Origin: Macrostomum lignano
Taxonomy: Eukaryota
Length of the DNA: 64,000 bases
Direction: 5' to 3'
Assembly: GCA_002269645.1 (NCBI GenBank)
Contig: NIVC01001016.1
Coordinates: 124,001 to 188,000 of the forward strand
Both the position numbers and the translations under genes were made by a program. Under the pieces are notes generated by a model that was not told where the DNA came from, ran no database searches, and was given only the letters and a program-made list of their open reading frames with translations. Every line of letters begins with the position of its first letter. Positions within the stretch are counted from its first letter, which is position 1. Below are positions 1-10,724 of the stretch, one piece after another.

Positions 1-530
1 CGGCGCCCGCCTCGCGCCCCTGCCGCCTTCGGCGCCCGCCTGGCGCCCTGCTGCTGCCTTCGGCGCCCGCCTGGCGCCCTGCTGCTGCCTTCGGCGCCCG
101 CCTGGCGCCCTGCTGCTGCCTTCGGCGCCCGCCTGGCGCCCTGCTGCCTTCGGCGCCCGCCTGGCGCCCTGCTGCCTTCGGCGCCCGCCTGGCGCCCTGC
201 TGCCTTCGGCGCCCGCCTGGCGCCCTGCTGCCTTCGGCGCCCGCCTGGCGCCCTGCTGCCTTCGGCGCCCGCCCGGCGCCCGCCTGGCGCCCTGCTGCTT
301 TCGGCGCCGCCCGGAGACCGCTCGGCGACCTGCTGCCATCGGCGCCCTCGGCGACCTGCTGCCATCGGCGCCCGCTCGGCGACCTGCTGCCATCGGCGCC
401 CGCTCGGCGACCTGCTGCCATCGGCGCCCGCTCGGCGACCTGCTGCCATCGGCGCTCTGCTGCCTTCGGCGCCCGCCTCGCGCCCCCGCGCCTTCGGCGC
501 CCGCTCCTCGGCGCTCTCGCTGCCTCGGCT
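1..530. repeat. GC/CpG-rich minisatellite, 28-31 bp units, truncated at window edge
   Basis: Tandem cggcgcccgcctggcgccctgctg(ctg)cctt units changing to cggcgcccgctcggcgacctgctgccat after about position 320. Confidence 0.9.
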
Positions 531-705
531 ACCACCGACGTTCGGGGCCTAGCTCGGTGCTGGGGGAGCTGTGTGGCGGCCAGACTACGCGACCGGCAGC
601 ACCAGTGCAGCCGCACTGGAAACCCCCCCCCCGCCTCTGTCTAGCTGAGGTGGGGTGGGTACGCGCCAAGCTAGCCGGCTCGCTAAGCCGGGGGGGTTGG
701 CGTAG

Positions 706-778
706 CCAATCACGCCATGCCACCTTTTCGCACCTCCCTTGGCCCTCAATCTGGCGTTGTTTGTAAATCTCATATAAA
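706..778 (+). promoter_or_regulatory. Possible Pol II core promoter (CCAAT box plus TATA box)
   Basis: AGCCAATCA with CCAAT at 706-710, TATAAA at 773-778, and a donor-like GTATGT at 923. No downstream coding gene identified. Confidence 0.3.
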
Positions 779-3518
779 TACACGCGCAAAGCAGCACAAA
801 CTCTTCGCTGCCATTCCATCTATTGAAACAAAAAGGCCTTCCGCCTCAGTCTAGCTCTTTTTGACACATCCTTGATTCTAAAGGGCCATTTATCGCTTCC
901 TCCCAGCCTCTGACGAGTACAAGTATGTTGTTTTATAGTTTCACCTTTCTTCGTGCACTTCTTATTTTGCCCGAGGGGGGGCTGTGGAAACGAGACTGGC
1001 TTGTCGAGAGGTTAAGCCTAAGTGTCTGTCGATCTGAAGACTCGCGCTAGCGAGATGATACTTAGTGCTGGAGGCGGTACAAAGATTCTAGCTCTATTTT
1101 AGAGAGGAAATTATTATAGAGAGGACATTGCCAGCTAAAAAAAGAGAATGAAAAGGAATATTTTAAATTGGATTTAGACGATGTCTTATCACCGCAGCTG
1201 TTTCTGTCTGCTGTCAAGTAGGTGCCGGATCTCTCCAATGAAGAGATTAAATACTGGATCGATTATGTCCTTTCGATACAGTTAGTGCACTGAGATTATG
1301 TTCAATCGAATCGTCTCAGAATACTAATCGATTTCTAACTCTGCGGGAGGTAATTTGTCTTGGTAAGGACAGTAAGCAAAGAAGATTACACTGCTAATCG
1401 ATGTCTAAGGCCCATTGATTTTCAAGCTGCTCCCATGTGCACGTGTGTCTGCTCAAGGCTAGATATAACATGTAGTACGATTGAGGCTAGACTGATTAGC
1501 ATTTCGGTGTCTCAGAGCAGCCCTTTAATTCAATAATTATAGTCGATTTCCATGTCTGTTGTTTTCAATTTTCTAGTAGGGCTTCGTTTAGCCCTTGAGT
1601 CGTGCTCCAGTGATTTTAAGAGAAGACTTGTATCAGCAATGTTTCAGCAAGTTGCAAAGCTAAAATTTATTCAAGCAGAATCTTGCAATTAATCACTTGA
1701 GAGGCTTAAAAATCCTATTTTGAGTTAAAGGAACCTCCATGGCTGACCAACCAGCCGTGTCTTAGTTGGGCTTCAATTTGCACTTTTGTCCGTTGCTCAG
1801 ACACTTTGTTACTTTTATTTTTAATTTCCTCTTGAATTTTTCGGAGCCTATTATCCATTAGGCCTATACTTTTGCCTAATGCCCGGTTTTATTCGAATAT
1901 GTCTGAAACAGGAAGCTTTTTTAAAGAGATCGAGAATCTGTGGTGAGGGGCTGACTTTAAAGGCCTCTGAAATATTTTGCAGAAGTTTCTCTTGCAGTTT
2001 ACTTGGGGGTTCAATCCGCATTGGGCTTCTCTATAGGCTTTGTAATCCAATCAGATTTCCATGCCAATGCTTGCATGCTGGCTCCCTTTTTGCCTACTAG
2101 TATTACCCTCTCTCTCTCTAATTCCCTATTCTCCGATTTCTTTCCTTCTCTGGCAACAAGTTCTCTCTGCTATCAGCTTTATCGAGTTCTTATTTTCAGC
2201 ATATACTACGAGCGTATTTATCTCACTATGGGATTCGCTCTGATTAAAGAGTTTAGTCGCCGCGTGCGATTAGCGATCGCGTATATTTTATTTGTATTGT
2301 TTATTTTCCTATTCTGCTTTACATTTCTTGGAAATTTTGTTTGGATGCTTGAATTTGCGCTCAAATTTAATACCGCCGTTAATCAGAAAAAAATTAAAGC
2401 GTAGTCGATACGAACTCAAGTGCTCAATAGTACAAATTAAAGACTAAAAATAGAAAAAATGCCTAATCTTAAAATAATTTCCACCATTATACGAGCATAT
2501 AGATTTTCCGGCAAGTTGGTTGTTCAATTACTTTCTGTTCAAATAAGTTACTGTCGCCACAATGAAGTATCGATTGATGCGGGCGACGCCTAATCTCATT
2601 AAATTTGTATTAGTTTGATCCGTACTGGTTCGCTTGCTAGCAATTTTCCCCTTAGATGCGGGAGTAGTTCCTGGAGTAGAAATTGGGACTAGCGATTTTC
2701 CCGTTGCGGGTGCGGGGAGTTTTGGTCAATCTAATTTGGCTGCACGGACTCTCGGCAACGATGGGCGCGGCGTCAACTTGCAATCCCGCGTTCTGTCCTG
2801 TTTTCCATATAGCTCTGCACTGGGTCCGTAGCAGCCTTAGTCCGATGCCTCTGCCCCTCGCGTGCTGCGAGGTGAGTATTCGGGAAATAGGGGAGTGGGA
2901 AATTTTTGCCTGCTCGATTTTCTCCTCCCTTCATCCTCTTCTTCCTTAAATTTCCCCCCGTTCCGCGGATAAACTGCCTGTCGCGCATCCTGCATGGTCC
3001 GCGTATGGGTGGGGCTACATGGGTTTTGGTAAGAGATCCTCTCCTGAAATTGTCGATTTTTCCTATGCGTTTCAGTTGCCAATAGGGGAGGCTGAGGTGG
3101 GGTAGGTAATTCGGTTTTAGACAATTCTCAACTGCAAGCCTAGAAGCCTGGCGTCGTTTCCCTCTTGACTTGGCGGTCGCTGCGACAGTGTCCAGTTTCC
3201 AGTTCTCACATGCATGAGGGTAGCGGGTCTCTCGATTTTTTTTGTATTTCCCCTTTTTCCTCTTTGTGCTCACTGCATGTTGGGGGAAGACGGGTATTTT
3301 GAGACGTTTCCTATAATGGGAAGAAATGACTTCCTTAATTTCGTCTTTAGAGCGCTGAGAAACAAGCCAGGACAGACAGTGAACTAGGTCGAAAAGTTGA
3401 TGCGGTGCAGCGTTTTTTAATTCTCAATTCGCCTTGATGACAGGGTGGCTTAGTCACCACTCGGGAATTACATTTGAAACCTATGACAAACACTAAATCC
3501 CGTGACACTTTTAAGGAA

Positions 3519-4060
3519 TCAAACAATCGGCATCTTCAGGCAATTATACCAGAAAGAAGGTAATTTTTTAAGCCTAGTAAGCCAATATGATGCAAATAAG
3601 CAGGTATGGGTAGCAAAGTTAGATGGCACTGATTGAGAGGCAAGGGCATAGGTCAGGACACTCGCCCCTCTACCACCAAGTCGGATGTTCATGGCGGGCT
3701 TTAGCTGTTTAATGTACAACGCCTCAGGAATAGACAACTTCATACTCTGGCGGTTGCGATCAATAATTTCAAAGGGCCTGTCAACAAAAAAGTGACAAAA
3801 ATTGGACCTGGATAGAAGAGAACAAGCAAGGGGATAATTAGGGCATGTCTAACTTTTGCGCATTTGTTGCACATCAGGAGGTGGTCGTACACAGCGCTTG
3901 CTATTGCACAGTCCTCCTTAACCGTGTGTGTAGGTGCTTTTCATTTTTACCTATGTAAAACCCGCATTGCTCAGCAACGCTCGAGAATTTGTAGATGACT
4001 CCCGCACACAAGGTTTTTCGGTACACTGGACTTGAGTCTGTCTATTTGGTGGAGACGTTT
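3519..4060 (-). mobile_element. Decayed Penelope-like retroelement, GIY-YIG endonuclease remnant
   Basis: Frameshifted minus-strand reading gives GVIYKFS..CGFYIGKNEKHLHTRL / SAVYDHLLMCNKC / FEIIDRNRQSMKLSIPEALYIKQLKPAMN. This is the motif order of the PLE GIY-YIG domain, with frameshifts and a stop. Confidence 0.8.
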
Positions 4061-4683
4061 GCTCATTAAGTGAGACTTGCTTTCACTAGGTGTTGATTAT
4101 CTTGATTTATGTAGCACAGCTGTAGCTGTGATTTGCGTAATCACAATATATCAGTATCTATCGATGGGAAATTGTCGCCGCCTGATCCTGTATTGACGTT
4201 TTTCCACTATTGCATTGCAATTGGAACTACATTCACTCTATAGTTTTTCACCTTAGCACTCCAGAACTTGCTACAAGTGTACTGTTAATATTTGTTGAAT
4301 ATCAACTCTCGATTTCGAAACATGATGTGGGGCAAGCGGCATACATCAGCTATTGACAGCAAGGTACTTTTATAATTTGCTACAGAATTCCCAGGGCTGC
4401 ATGCATAGGATGCCGGCCACTAGCTGTATGGTTATAAAAGATTTTCAACTGTAAAAGATTACACGTGTTTTGAAATTTCGATTCTAGCCACACCTTTGAC
4501 TAGAAATTTATTATTTTTAATGTAAAAATGCGCCCCGTCTGGTGTTCTGCAATTGCGCAGCGCATCTGAGGGCTGCGCACAGCCTGTGCATAGTGCTGGC
4601 ACTGCGGGGGGTCGTGACTCCACACCCTGTACATGTATATGTCTGCTGCAGCTCAGACTGCTACCCTATCACAGTCTCACAGT

Positions 4684-4978
4684 GGGGTTGTAGCCTAGTG
4701 GTTAGAGTGTCTGACTCACGACTGAAAGGTCGGGATTCGATTCTTGACCCTTTCGCGGCACTTTGAACAATTTGTGTCCTTGAGCAAGACACAAATCTGC
4801 ATTGCTTCAGTTCACTCAGCTGTAAAATGGGTGCCAGCATTAGCTGGGGTAATTGAGGGTGTGTGGCGACCCCCAGTCCTTGGACTGAACAGCCGTACGC
4901 AGCCTTCAGATGCGCCGCGCAATAGCTGCCGCTGAGCTGTCGGTTGCACATCTGCCTATTGGGGCAGGTGTAATCAAC

Positions 4979-5032
<54 letters not shown>

Positions 5033-5043
5033 CATTATTATTA
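4684..5043 (+). mobile_element. tRNA-derived SINE with (ATT)n tail
   Basis: A-box TAGCCTAGTGG (4691-4701), degenerate B-box GGATTCGATTCT, central segment TGTGTCCTTGAGCAAGACAC...CAGCTGTAAAATGGGT resembling conserved SINE central domains, and an (ATT)n tail at about 4978-5043. Confidence 0.8.
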
Positions 5044-5295
5044 CAACAGGGTGAACTGCAGCTCAGCCTAATTCGCCGCTAACTCGTGTTAGACGTTTTG
5101 AAAGATGACGCAAACAGCCTTATTAAGCTGCGTAGGAATCCCGGCCCAATGCTGCTTAGCTTGCATACATGGATAACTCTGTAACACTAGCACAATATTA
5201 CATGTATCTAATAAATATTTGTCCTTTTTCACTGGTTAAAATTCCGAAATGTCATCTTAAATCTTCAGTGATAGCAAGTGTTTGGAGGACAAAAC

Positions 5296-5727
5296 ATGGA
5301 GCAGGCTCCTCAGCGGCAGCAGATGCAGAAACAGCAAATAACCATTTTTGCTGTCTCTTCTCTCGCCTCCGCCGAGGCGATTGCAGCCGCTGAATTGCTA
5401 GCTTCAGCTCCTCTAATTGCTTGCGATCGTTGCAATTTGAAACTGCCGGCAGTAGACATGCCCAGTCATCGGCAGGTGTGCGTTGTCGATCCTGACTTGT
5501 TCGCCACTCTGGCCCTGCGGCCATCCACTGCGCCAGCTGACTCTTACGGTTGTCCGGTGTGCGGCCGGTTTCAGGCCAGCGCGGCCAAGCTGGCTGAGCA
5601 CAGAGCTCGATGGCATGATTTTACTGGGACTGGCAGTAAGCCGAAGTACAGGTGCCATCGGTGTCGATTGATCTGCGTTGGGGTTACTGGACTCAGGGAG
5701 CATATGCGGTTGAGACACGGCTCGTGA
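5296..5727 (+). CDS. Small zinc-finger protein (143 aa; one C2HC-like and two C2H2 fingers)
   Basis: Open GC-rich ORF with CDRC..H...C, CPVCGR..H....H and CHRC...H....H motifs. ATG at 5296 follows an acceptor-like tcttcag. Confidence 0.7.
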   Translation: MEQAPQRQQMQKQQITIFAVSSLASAEAIAAAELLASAPLIACDRCNLKLPAVDMPSHRQVCVVDPDLFATLALRPSTAPADSYGCPVCGRFQASAAKLAEHRARWHDFTGTGSKPKYRCHRCRLICVGVTGLREHMRLRHGS

Positions 5728-5989
5728 CTGAATCTATAGTTTTTTTTCTATTTCTGATTTGTAGATCAGATAGCAAGTTGGATTGCTTTATTGGGGAATA
5801 CCAATCCCAAAGAAGTTAAGAAGATCAGTTTTACGTCAATAAGATCAAACTAAATTTTAGCAATTTTTCTACGAAATAACAGACTAACAACTTTCGAAAA
5901 TGGCTGATGAAAAATGTATTTGTTTTAGTCGTTTTAGAGAAAATGATTAGATGTAGATGTTTAGATCATATGATACCGATAAAAAGGCC

Positions 5990-6455
5990 ATAAGGTGGGG
6001 CTAAAATAAACCTGTTTAGGTCCTAAGATTAGGCTAAAATAGGCCCTTTTAGGTCCTAAGATTAGGCTAAAATAGGCCCGTTTTATGTCCTAAGATTAGG
6101 CTAAAGTATGTTTATTTAGGTCCTAAGATTGGGCTAAAGTATGTTCATTTAGGTCCTAAGATTGGGCTAAAGTATGTTCATTTAGGTCTTGAGATTGGGC
6201 TAAAATAGGCCCGTTTTAGGTCCTTAGATTGGGCTAAGTAGGCCCGTTTTGTCATAAGATTGGGCTAAAGTAGGCCTGTTTTAGGTCCTAAGATTAGCCT
6301 AAAGTATGTTCATTTAGGTCCTAGGATTGGGCTAAAGTATGTTCATTTTAGATCCTAAGATTGGGCTAAAATAGGCCCGTTTTATGTCAAGATTGGGCTG
6401 AAATCGGCCTGTTTTAGGTCCTAAGATTGGGCTAAAGTATGTTCATTTAGGTCTT
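5990..6455. repeat. Minisatellite, about 33 bp unit, about 14 copies
   Basis: Variants of aggtcctaagattgggctaaagtatgttcattt in tandem. Confidence 0.9.
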
Positions 6456-7209
6456 AAGCAAACGCGGATTACTTTTGTTGGCTATACTGGTATATCGCTC
6501 AAATATTATTTCAAATTTTCGCTATAACGATGATTTTTTTTCACTATAAGTAGCAACGGATATTCTATAGATGTTCTTGCTCTATCCATGAGCGATTGAA
6601 TTCCATTTATTAATACTACTAATTGAAGTCTGGTTTTTCACAATGCAACAGACTGCTTTCATTGTATAGAATATTATTTGTGTTGTTTGTGCTTGCTGCT
6701 GTATAAACATGTTGCTGCGCCTTTTGTTTTGCCAAAGTTTTCATGTGATTTTTATTTCGCGTCGCCTAATATTTTTCTGTGAATTCTTTCTTTTTCGCTT
6801 GCTTTGTTCGGGTTTCCTGTGCGTGCCATGCTCCCATACATAACATTGATTTATTTCGCAACATTGATTGCTAAACCATATTGATCACATGTTTTTTCAA
6901 GTAAATTGTCTTTGAACTGTCTAAAAGTAGGCGCAATAAAACTAGCCCTTACGCTCGTACTCTATTATTTACATTAGTTCAATCTAACAACATCTAACTC
7001 GTATACCGCGTATTATCTACGATAATTGATGTAAGCTTTCATTTTACTGTCGTTTGATAGACAACTTTCAGATACCTTTGTTGTATCGATTTTACAATCA
7101 GGGAGTATGTATTGGTAAGAAGCAGTGTTTCCTCTGTAATGCTCAGGAGGATGCTAGGAAATATTCTATGAAAGGTCATGAGCAACCCTATAAAACCTTA
7201 AACCCTATA

Positions 7210-8620
7210 CGATTCGGGCTGGCTCTCTCTGAAATGCTCGGCTGCGGTTCTGTGGAAGATTCGGGCTGCTGGCTCTCTCTGAAATGCTCGGCTGCGGTTC
7301 TGTGGAAGATTCGGGCTGCTGGCTCTCTCTGAAATGCTATGGCTGCGGTTCTGTGGAAGATTCGGGCTGCTGGCTCTCTCTGAAATGCTCGGCTGCGGTT
7401 CTGTGGAAGATTCGGGCTGCTGGCTCTCTCTGAAATGCTCGGCTGCGGTTCTGTGGAAGATTCGGGCTGGCTTCTCTCTCTGAAATGCTCGGCTGCGGTT
7501 CTGTGGAAGATTCGGGCTGCTGGCTCTCTCTGAAATGCTCGGCTGCGGTTCTGTGGAAGATTCGGGCTGGCTTCTCTCTCTGAAATGCTCGGCTGCGGTT
7601 CTGTGGAAGATTCGGGCTGCTGGCTCTCTCTGAAATGCTCGGCTGCGGTTCTGTGGAAGATTCGGGCTGCTGGCTCTCTCTGAAATGCTCGGCTGCGGTT
7701 CTGTGGAAGATTCGGGCTGCTGGCTCTCTCTGAAATGCTCGGCTGCGGTTCTGTGGAAGATTCGGGCTGCTGGCTCTCTCTGAAATGCTATGGCTGCGGT
7801 TCTGTGGAAGATTCGGGCTGCTGGCTCTCTCTGAAATGCTCGGCTGCGGTTCTGTGGAAGATTCGGGCTGCTGGCTCTCTCTGAAATGCTCGGCTGCGGT
7901 TCTGTGGAAGATTCGGGCTGCTGGCTCTCTCTGAAATGCTAGGCTGCGGTTCTGTGGAAGATTCGGGCTGCTGGCTCTCTCTGAAATGCTCGGCTGCGGT
8001 TCTGTGGAAGATTCGGGCTGGCTTCTCTCTCTGAAATGCTAGGCTGCGGTTCTGTGGAAGATTCGGGCTGGCTTCTCTCTCTGAAATGCTCGGCTGCGGT
8101 TCTGTGGAAGATTCGGGCTGCTGGCTCTCTGAAATGCTCGGCTGCGGTTCTGTGGAAGATTCGGGCTGCTGGCTCTCTGAAATGCTCGGCTGCGGTTCTG
8201 TGGAAGATTCGGGCTGCTGGCTCTCTCTGAAATGCTCGGCTGCGGTTCTGTGGAAGATTCGGGCTGCTGGCTCTCTCTGAAATGCTCGGCTGCGGTTCTG
8301 TGGAAGATTCGGGCTGCTGGCTCTCTGAAATGCTCGGCTGCGGTTCTGTGGAAGATTCGGGCTGCTGGCTCTCTCTGAAATGCTAGGCTGCGGTTCTGTG
8401 GAAGATTCGGGCTGCTGGCTCTCTCTGAAATGCTCGGCTGCGGTTCTGTGGAAGATTCGGGCTGCTGGCTCTCTCTGAAATGCTCGGCTGCGGTTCTGTG
8501 GAAGATTCGGGCTGCTGGCTCTCTCTGAAATGCTAGGCTGCGGTTCTGTGGAAGATTCGGGCTGGCTCTCTCTGAAATGCTAGGCTGCGGTTCTGTGGAA
8601 GATTCGGGCTGGCTCTCTAT
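7210..8620. repeat. Homogeneous minisatellite, 50 bp unit, about 28 copies
   Basis: tgaaatgctcggctgcggttctgtggaagattcgggctgctggctctctc repeated head-to-tail with no spacers. Confidence 0.95.
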
Positions 8621-8939
8621 ATCAAATCTCCGCCCTGATCACGCCCAATATATTGCGTGATGGTGTAAAATGTCTTCCTTTTTTCTATATGGTTATCATG
8701 CCTTCAGCGTGTCAGACTCTTTATTAACTTTAGCGCATAGAATATTTTGGGACAGAAAAATTGCTTCATATCGTGCCTGATTTGACATGCCAGCGGTCAC
8801 GTTCTAATTCGTGCTTTTAGGTATAGCCTAGTCGGAATGGAGAGTGTTAAGTTGCTTGACGGAGAAAATATAGAATGTTTGTCGGGAATAGGGCGACAGC
8901 TTTCGGTGTGCTGAACAGTAGGGTCCCACATGTTTCCGT

Positions 8940-9530
8940 GCCATCTAATCTATAGAGTCTAGTCTCATATGATCTATAATAATTTCAATTCATCTAAATT
9001 TAAAATCTTGTCTCCATCTGATCTATTTAACCTCTCTTCTCAAGTTCTCATCGAATGTATAGAATATCTGATCTACAGTCTCATCTCATCAAATCTATAG
9101 GATCTCGTCTCATCTGATCTATAATAATCTCAACTCATCTAAATTTAGAATCTCGTATCATCTGATCTATAAAATCTTATCTCATCTGATCTATAGAATC
9201 TTATCTCATCTCATCTGATCGGACCTATTAAACTTTTTTCATCTCATCTATAGAATCTCGACTCATCTGGTCTATAAAATCTTATCTCATGTCATCTATA
9301 GAATCTTATCTCATCTCATCTATAGAGTCTCGTTTCATCTGATCTATAGAAACGAGTCTTATCTGATTTATAAAATTTCGTCTCATCTAGTCTATAAGTC
9401 TCGTCTCATCTGATCTATAGAATCTCGTCGCATCTAATCTATAGAATGTCATCTCATCCGATCTATAGAATCTCGTCTCATCTAATCTATAGAATCTTAT
9501 CTCATCTATAGAATCTCATCTCATGTCTAG
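8940..9530. repeat. Degenerate tandem repeat built on tctcatctgatctatagaa
   Basis: Recurring atctcatctgatctatagaa variants of irregular length. Confidence 0.8.
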
Positions 9531-10724
9531 TGCCAGCGAAAAAAATGTAAAATCATGTTGACTTTTGCTTCTTACCAGTAAAGTTTATAATTGAAAAATG
9601 TTGTATTTGAAGATAAAATTTTAAACTGAAAAAGAAACCAAAACATTAAACAGCTGGTCAATGTAAATGATGTAGCATTAATGAAAGAAATCTGCAAATC
9701 TACATCACACTGAAAGTACTATGCACTGAATATTGAATAATAAGCTGTCTAAAGTGTTTACAATGTGTTTACTACAAGGTTGATACCGAGTGCAGACAAG
9801 TATCTACAGAAAGGAATTATTAAGAGTAGAAAGCATTTAAATAATCTGGATTTTATTATATTACTAGAATATTAATCTGGTAGGATGATTGCAGGGTATT
9901 GACAAATGACGAGACAAGTATTAAGTTACACGAAGATAAGATTTATGTTAATTACAGTTTACAAGTTCGAAGTTAGACAAATATTGGGCCTGAACTGATC
10001 ATAAAACTCAAGGTTATGTCTATTCTTCCAGTCAGTCAGCTAGTGTTAAGAATGTAAATTGGGTTGTTAATATTGGCCAAGCTTGCAAACTTCTATTGCA
10101 GTTCTATATCGCTATATATGTCTGACACAAAACGACGTACTCTGGGATGCTTCTATAATGACTGTGGCCGTAGAGCCGTATCTGAAGCGTGCTGGAGTCG
10201 CTGTAGAATAAATGAGTTGCGTCTAAAGAGCATCAACGTCACTATGAATTAGAGTCTCATTCAGATTTATAACAGCTCTATGTAGTCTACTTGAGTCAGT
10301 AGAAAGTTAAGCGCTAACACAGCGACTCTTGGACGACTTTTTCGTGACTCGCTCCTGACTCAAAAGTCACCTCTCCATCGCATTGCAGTGCTTTGAGTCG
10401 TTAAAAATTCACAAGCGTCGTCCCAGAGTTGCTAGTGAGGTGCTTGCAATGACTCTAGCGATTCCGGTCACGCTAGTCACGCTTGAACGGGAATTAGTGA
10501 GCACAACAAGAAAACACGAGCACAAGCCTTAGAACATGTACACTCGAAATGTACATTCAATAATGTGACTGGGTGCCGCTTCTTTCTAAAATTAGAACGA
10601 CTCAAACGTCTATGTGCATTTAATAAATTAAACGTGCCTCTTAATGACTCGCTATGAAACTGGAAAAAACTTAATTCACGAAAAAATATCGTTCATAAAA
10701 ATACGAGTAATTCAATAAACCTTC

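Noticed and set aside
1140-1340. Coding-looking stretch (KENEKEYFKLDLDDVLSPQLF...) and stop-interrupted minus-strand frames at 2634-3273
   Set aside because: Multiple stops and no motif I can recognise; possibly decayed element sequence, but not supportable.
4684-4760. tRNA gene
   Set aside because: A and B boxes are present, but the anticodon and acceptor stems do not pair and the sequence continues into a SINE body and tail.
7210-8620. CRISPR-like regular array
   Set aside because: Units are contiguous with no unique spacers, there are no cas genes, and the context is eukaryotic.
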